Source: Bugula neritina
Taxonomy: Eukaryota > Animalia > Bryozoa
Assembly (NCBI GenBank): GCA_964035545.1
Contig: OZ037766.1
Coordinates: 32,974,773-33,038,772 of the forward strand
Direction: 5' to 3'
Length of the DNA: 64,000 bases
The notes beneath the pieces were generated by a model. It had not been told where the DNA came from and ran no database searches. It saw only the letters and a program-made list of their open reading frames with translations. Made by a program: the position numbers and the translations under genes. Of this stretch, positions 51,001 through 64,000 are shown piece by piece. Every line of letters begins with the position of its first letter. Position 1 is the first letter of the stretch.

Positions 51001-51526
51001 GTAGATACTCTAATACCTCAGTGGTAATCTACAGATACTCTAATACCTCACTGGTAATCTGTATATACTCTAATACCTCAGTGGTAATCTGTAGATACTC
51101 TAATACCTCAGTGGTAATCTGTAGATACTCTAATACCTCACTGGTAATCTGTATATACTCTAATACCTCAGTGGTAATCTGTAGATACTCTAATACCTCA
51201 GTGGTAATCTGCAGATACTCTAATACTTCAGTGGTAATCTACAGATACTTTAATACCTCAGTGGTAATCTACAGATGTTTATTCTCATAGACTGCTAAGC
51301 ATTATAAACCTCTTGAAAAAATACATGACTGAATATCAGATTTATGATGAGGTATTCGGAGTCCATACTGTACACAGTGTAGGTTCACATGAATATTTTT
51401 ATTCTTCAGGGTGGAAGATGTCTCCCGATGAAGGCCAGGAAGAGTACGAAGAGACTCAGGCTGAGCTCAAGAAGTACGAAGATGATGTGAGTGTAAATAA
51501 TGACCTTCACCTTTAGTAGTAGCAGC

Positions 51527-51569
<43 letters not shown>

Positions 51570-52807
51570 CTAGTAGTATAGTATGTATTAGTAGTAGTAG
51601 TAGTAGCAGTAGTAGTAGTAGTAGTAGTGGTAGTAGTAGTAGTAGTAGTAGTAGCAGTACTAGTAGTATAGTATGTACTAGTAGTATAGTATGTATAGTA
51701 TGTACTAGTAGTATAGTATGTACTAGTAGTATAGTATGTACTAGTAGTATAGTATGTACTAGTAGTATAGTATGTATAGTATATACGCAGCAACTACAAG
51801 CCATGTCAGCGGTGACGCAGGACCCGGAGACTGGCATCGTAAAGACAGCAGACATGAGGTTCAAGTTACTTGTCTGCGTGTCTCCTCTGTTTATACAAGC
51901 GGCGACCTTGAACTTTCTTGCCGAGTGGGGTGACAGGTCCCAAATAGCAGCTATAGTCCTGGCGGCTAGGGAGGTGAGTTCTAGATTATTCACACTTGTA
52001 TTAGTGTTACGTAACTTCCTCTTAGTCTGTCGGTAATCCTGCATTTGTCATCAGTATAGATACTATTGCAATTTGTTTTGTATGGCTACAGATAGTTTCT
52101 GGAAAAATATATTTGTATTGAGTTTCAATAAATATTTCACCAGATTCAGATAATTGAGTTTCTAAGTGTTGTCTCCTCTGGTTTACTGATCACAAGACTG
52201 TATGATCTGAACACCTCAGTTCTGCCATGGTAATGATGTACACGCGTATCTGTATTGTGTTGTAGAATCTAATAGGTGTAATAATAGGCGGACTTATAGG
52301 TCACTTCCTGTGTACTGGCTTAGCTGTTATCGCTGGACGGTGGGTGGCCCAGAGATTGTCAGTTCGAACAGGTTAGTCACTATTCACTCTGACTCACTAG
52401 TCACTCTGATTCACTATTCACTTTGACTCACTATTCACTCTGACTCACTAGTCACTCTGACTCACTATTCACTCTTACTCTTTGACTAACCGATTTTGAA
52501 TCTTTGGTTATTCGAAAACCCCAAACCTACTAATCTATGCCATTCATTCAGCTGATATGTTTCTAGTCGCCAGTGTTGATGTATAACTAATACTTTTATT
52601 TTTAATTGTTTCCTTTTCTCTTTTCTTTCTCTTTACTTTTGCAAGCTGGAACATCTTTAGTATAACGCAGTGTCAAACTAGTGAATAGCTACACTAAACT
52701 GTCCAGTCTGCATCTCAATGTTGTATTTTACAGTAACTATACTTGGCGGAGTCGTCTTCCTCTTATTTGCCGTGTCGGCATTCATCATAGACCCAACGGC
52801 TCCATGA
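48007..52807 (+). CDS. TMEM165: TMEM165/GDT1 (UPF0016) Golgi Ca2+/Mn2+ transporter
   Basis: Exons 48007-48273, 49180-49348, 49898-49996, 51410-51486, 51791-51973, 52266-52371, 52734-52807; signal peptide MKLVVILVILSLAAVKHAAA; both UPF0016 motifs (ELGDKT, EWGDRS). Confidence 0.95.
49643..49886. repeat. 32-bp repeat ending near an acceptor
   Basis: Unit gtctgtacatatatatgggtgYtgactgtaat, about 7.5 copies. Confidence 0.95.
50294..51276. repeat. 30-bp minisatellite, about 33 copies
   Basis: Unit tacctcagtggtaatctgtagatactctaa. Confidence 0.97.
51514..51782. repeat. (AGT)n plus 21-bp repeat filling a TMEM165 intron
   Basis: agtagt runs followed by tactagtagtatagtatg units. Confidence 0.9.
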
Positions 52808-52949
52808 TGATACTTAGACTGGGTGCTACTCTATAATACTGTTACATAGAAGATTCTAGTCTATTCTATTCTATTCTCTGAGTTGTGACATTCACTTGCC
52901 ACTCTATTCACAGGGAGTTGTATCCACTTATTGAGACACTTGTGTCAAT

Positions 52950-53145
52950 GACTTTGAGCTACAATGTTGATGACACATAGCACTGTCTAGCACCTGCTCA
53001 TGTGTGCTACAATGTTGTTGACACATAGCACTGTCTAGCACCTGCTCATGTGTGCTACAATGTTGACACATAGCACTGTCTAGCACCTGCTCATGTGTGC
53101 TACAATGTTGACACATAGCACTGTCTAGCACCTGCTCATGTGCTT
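52950..53145. repeat. 42-45-bp repeat in the probable TMEM165 3' UTR
   Basis: tgtgctacaatgttgacacatagcactgtctagcacctgctca, about 4 copies. Confidence 0.9.
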
Positions 53146-56100
53146 TATCTGCATAGTGTTGCATCTGGTTGTGAACTCCCAGGTTTTTATCTCAAAATTC
53201 ATTTCACTGAATCTTATTTATTTGCAATTTACATTTTGTAATTGTCTCATCTCTCTGCAATTGATATTTTATGTAAAACTCAGATTCAGGTATTTTTGTA
53301 TAGACTTAAATTCTTAGGAAATGAGATTGTCTCCACATGGATAGCCGCTAGATTATCTATTCCTACCATACTCTAAAAACACATTCTAAACAATTTATTA
53401 ATTAAATGCAGTTATTTTAATATTTGATTTGTTATAATAAAATAATCTTTTATTGATGTTTAAAAGTGCATGATAGGAATGTGTTCAAATCTGGCAACAC
53501 TGTTCATGGAATACAGTATTGATTCTGTTTGTATAGCAATTGGCTCACCTTTTTACGAGTTATGTAAGATAATTTGTACTCATGTACTTGTTGAATATAC
53601 TAACAAAATATTGTGATCTACCATCTAAAAATACGTGCTACATCTTTGTCTTAGTGCACATGCAAATATTTATGGATATTGTATTATAATGTCTTGGAAG
53701 GTATACCAAAAAACTATTAGAGTTTGCATGATTAATGACGGATTATATAATAGTTGTATTTTGCTCCCAAAAATATTATATAAATTTAAAATAAAACTGG
53801 TGCAGCTGTGCACAGATATTATTTTCTTTCCGAAAATATTAATTTAAAATCAAGATAGTGTATGCAATAACATAAGATAGGTTGCATTAAGCTACCATCA
53901 CTATTACTACCACGCAGTACTAACAGTACTAAATTATGACTAGTACCATTTCTACTACTACTATTAGTAGTACCACTGCAACCATGGCTGCTACTACTAC
54001 TAGTATATACAATGCAGTTCCACACCGAAATAGCAACATAATTGGTATGCACAATAAATAATATAAATTCGATACATTATTATAATTTAGAAGGAAGATA
54101 GTTTTTGGAGTTGTGCTCTTTATTACTGTTTTGACTCTTGTATTTAGAAGACAGGAAAAGATGATCAAGGCCATTCATTTTCTCAGTTTTCTAAGTTTTT
54201 TAGGTTACACGACAACAAAGGTACCAGAATTGTACTCAGTATCTATTTAGTATTTACCAAGTTTTAATTTGCACGCGGAAGTCTTATAATATAATAAAAG
54301 AACAATGCCAAGCAGTTGGTCTGATTTATTTAACTCAACAACAGCATAAACTTAAACTGGAATTATAAAAAGCTGAAACTTCGTCTCCAAGTCCAGCAGA
54401 CGGAGTAGCAGGTCACGGGCAAGTGTTACACTTTGACTTACAGTCTTACAGTTATTGGTAATGTTAGTCATACTGATAGTGATACTGATCCTCATTAAAC
54501 TTATGATTAGTGATAGTTGTAGTTATTAATCGTAGTATTCGTCATTACTCATTGACATTAGGCTTAGCGTAACACTAACCAGTAACAGTAACACTAAGTC
54601 TAATGACTAACTGTGACTGTTGCACACTTTCATTTTGATTTTGACTTACTCTTAGTCTTACTCTTAGAGTTAGTAACCTTAGTCTTACAGTTACTCTTAC
54701 TCATTCCCAACTCTGTGACCTACTGAAAATGAAACTAGAACTAAAAGTCTTAGTCTGGGCTTAGCGTCTGGCTTATAAAACTGTGAGTCACACTGTGTCA
54801 CGCTCACTGTCATTGTGAGACTTATTTGGTTATTATCATTATGACAATCGCTTTATGATGAAGTAAAATTCTAGCTATGGCCCTCTGTCATGATAATTAT
54901 TTAAATTGTCATACAAATATAATTTGAACTTGATGAGCTTAAGCATCAAAATTTCTAACTCAGTAGTAGGAAGAGGTGAAGTTATCTCAGATTACTTCAG
55001 ACGAGGTAGAACTTTCTTGCAATATGGGTTCAGATCTGATGGGATGCCTCTATTTAGATACATTGTTTGGACAGGTTATATATTGCTAACAGCATAGTAC
55101 TGTTTAGACTTTAATTGGTAAAAAAGTATTATTTCACGAATTGATTGTATTAGTGTTCGAATTGATTTTATATCTTAGTTTAAAGTGAAATTGTTTTGAA
55201 CAATTATATCAGAAGCATAGTGTCAGAGTCAAAATGAGTCAATACAGGATGTTAACGATTTTTATGTAATTTTATATTGATTGTGAGTGATAACTTTGAT
55301 CTGTGCTTGACATCTAATATGCATTGTCTACTTAAGAACCTTATCTATGACTCATAATGATGTTCAATAATTTATAATACTAGATAATTTACTGGCTTTT
55401 GAGTAAATGTTTTTCGTACTTTAAATTTAACATCTCAATTAACTCCTAGTTTTTGGCAACAAATTGTATTGCTAGACACTATTTATCTGCCATTTTGATT
55501 TTATCTGCCATTTTGATTTTATCTGCCATTTAGATTATTTTAACTCAAGGACTAGCGTATATATATAATTCCCTCATAGCTTGGTGAAGTCACTGCACAC
55601 TTTGAAATATATGTTTCAATTTTACCTAATTGTACGGCAAAACTAACAGAAGATACTGAAAATTAAATGACAATAGCCTACTTTATAACATGCTGAAACC
55701 CTCCATATTTAAGGGAGCTTATCATACTAAAGCATGGAAATTTTACTGGTACTAAAAACAGGCTTTTCATTGTTGGCCTTCTAAAAAGTATGTCACGGCA
55801 GCTTCCAACTAATTAAGTGTGTTTATAATGACTCCAAATATTGTACCTCCATCTTCTTTCTGGTTGTGCTAGCCTGCAATGTTCTTACTTGATTATTAGT
55901 CATATTAATACATTCTATTCTATTAATCAAACTAATTGCATCTCCAAATTACAAGCTTATAAAATAATGTCTTCTCGATATTCTATTCTTTCTTATCTTC
56001 AGCAATAAAGAATTCTTAAAAATAGAAAATTATTCCTTTTCCCACATATTTATTATCATAAACACAAACCTCACAGGGGATCATGCCAATTGTAGGTTAA

Positions 56101-56304
56101 CTGAAATACATATGTTCTATAGCACTGTGCTATTATGTAAACTGCTATTTTATCATATTATATTGTATTTTAAGGTATTATATTGTATCTTAAGGTATTA
56201 TATTGTATCTTAAGGTATTATATTGTATTTTCTCTTGCAGTTATTAGTCTCAACTAAATACAGACTTTCTGATCTGCAGCTCATCTGTCTACTGAGTTGT
56301 GAAT

Positions 56305-64000
<7,696 letters not shown>

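Noticed and set aside
50283-51290. 335-aa SVVICRYSNT repeat ORF
   Set aside because: Stop-free frame of a 30-bp intronic minisatellite with a non-ATG start; TMEM165 is complete without it

Overview
This is eukaryotic (AT-rich invertebrate animal) genomic DNA; the species cannot be determined from the sequence. I reconstructed five spliced protein-coding genes by hand from GT-AG sites with consistent phase: the 5' part of furry (FRY/FRYL, minus strand, runs off the left edge), ANKMY1 (plus), a JADE/rhinoceros PHD protein (minus), TMEM165/GDT1 (plus), and the 5' part of a misshapen/MAP4K4-TNIK-MINK kinase (plus, runs off the right edge). Two intronic tRNA genes (Val-TAC, Thr-AGT) lie in the same orientation as their host genes. 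The most striking unexplained structure is a set of about 40 unrelated minisatellite arrays, many anchored at or spanning exon-intron junctions, so that splice donors or acceptors are copied in tandem. These include a 4.8 kb array whose units each read GT...polypyrimidine-CAG, and an in-frame ladder of GTAAGT donors after the first kinase coding exon. Other candidates are an alternative long Furry N-terminus carrying three NDR/LATS-type HxR/KxxS motifs, a MITE-like insertion, a possibly exonized SINE-like segment and RFX X-boxes. No CRISPR array or prokaryotic system is present. Most long ORFs in the supplied track are repeat artefacts.
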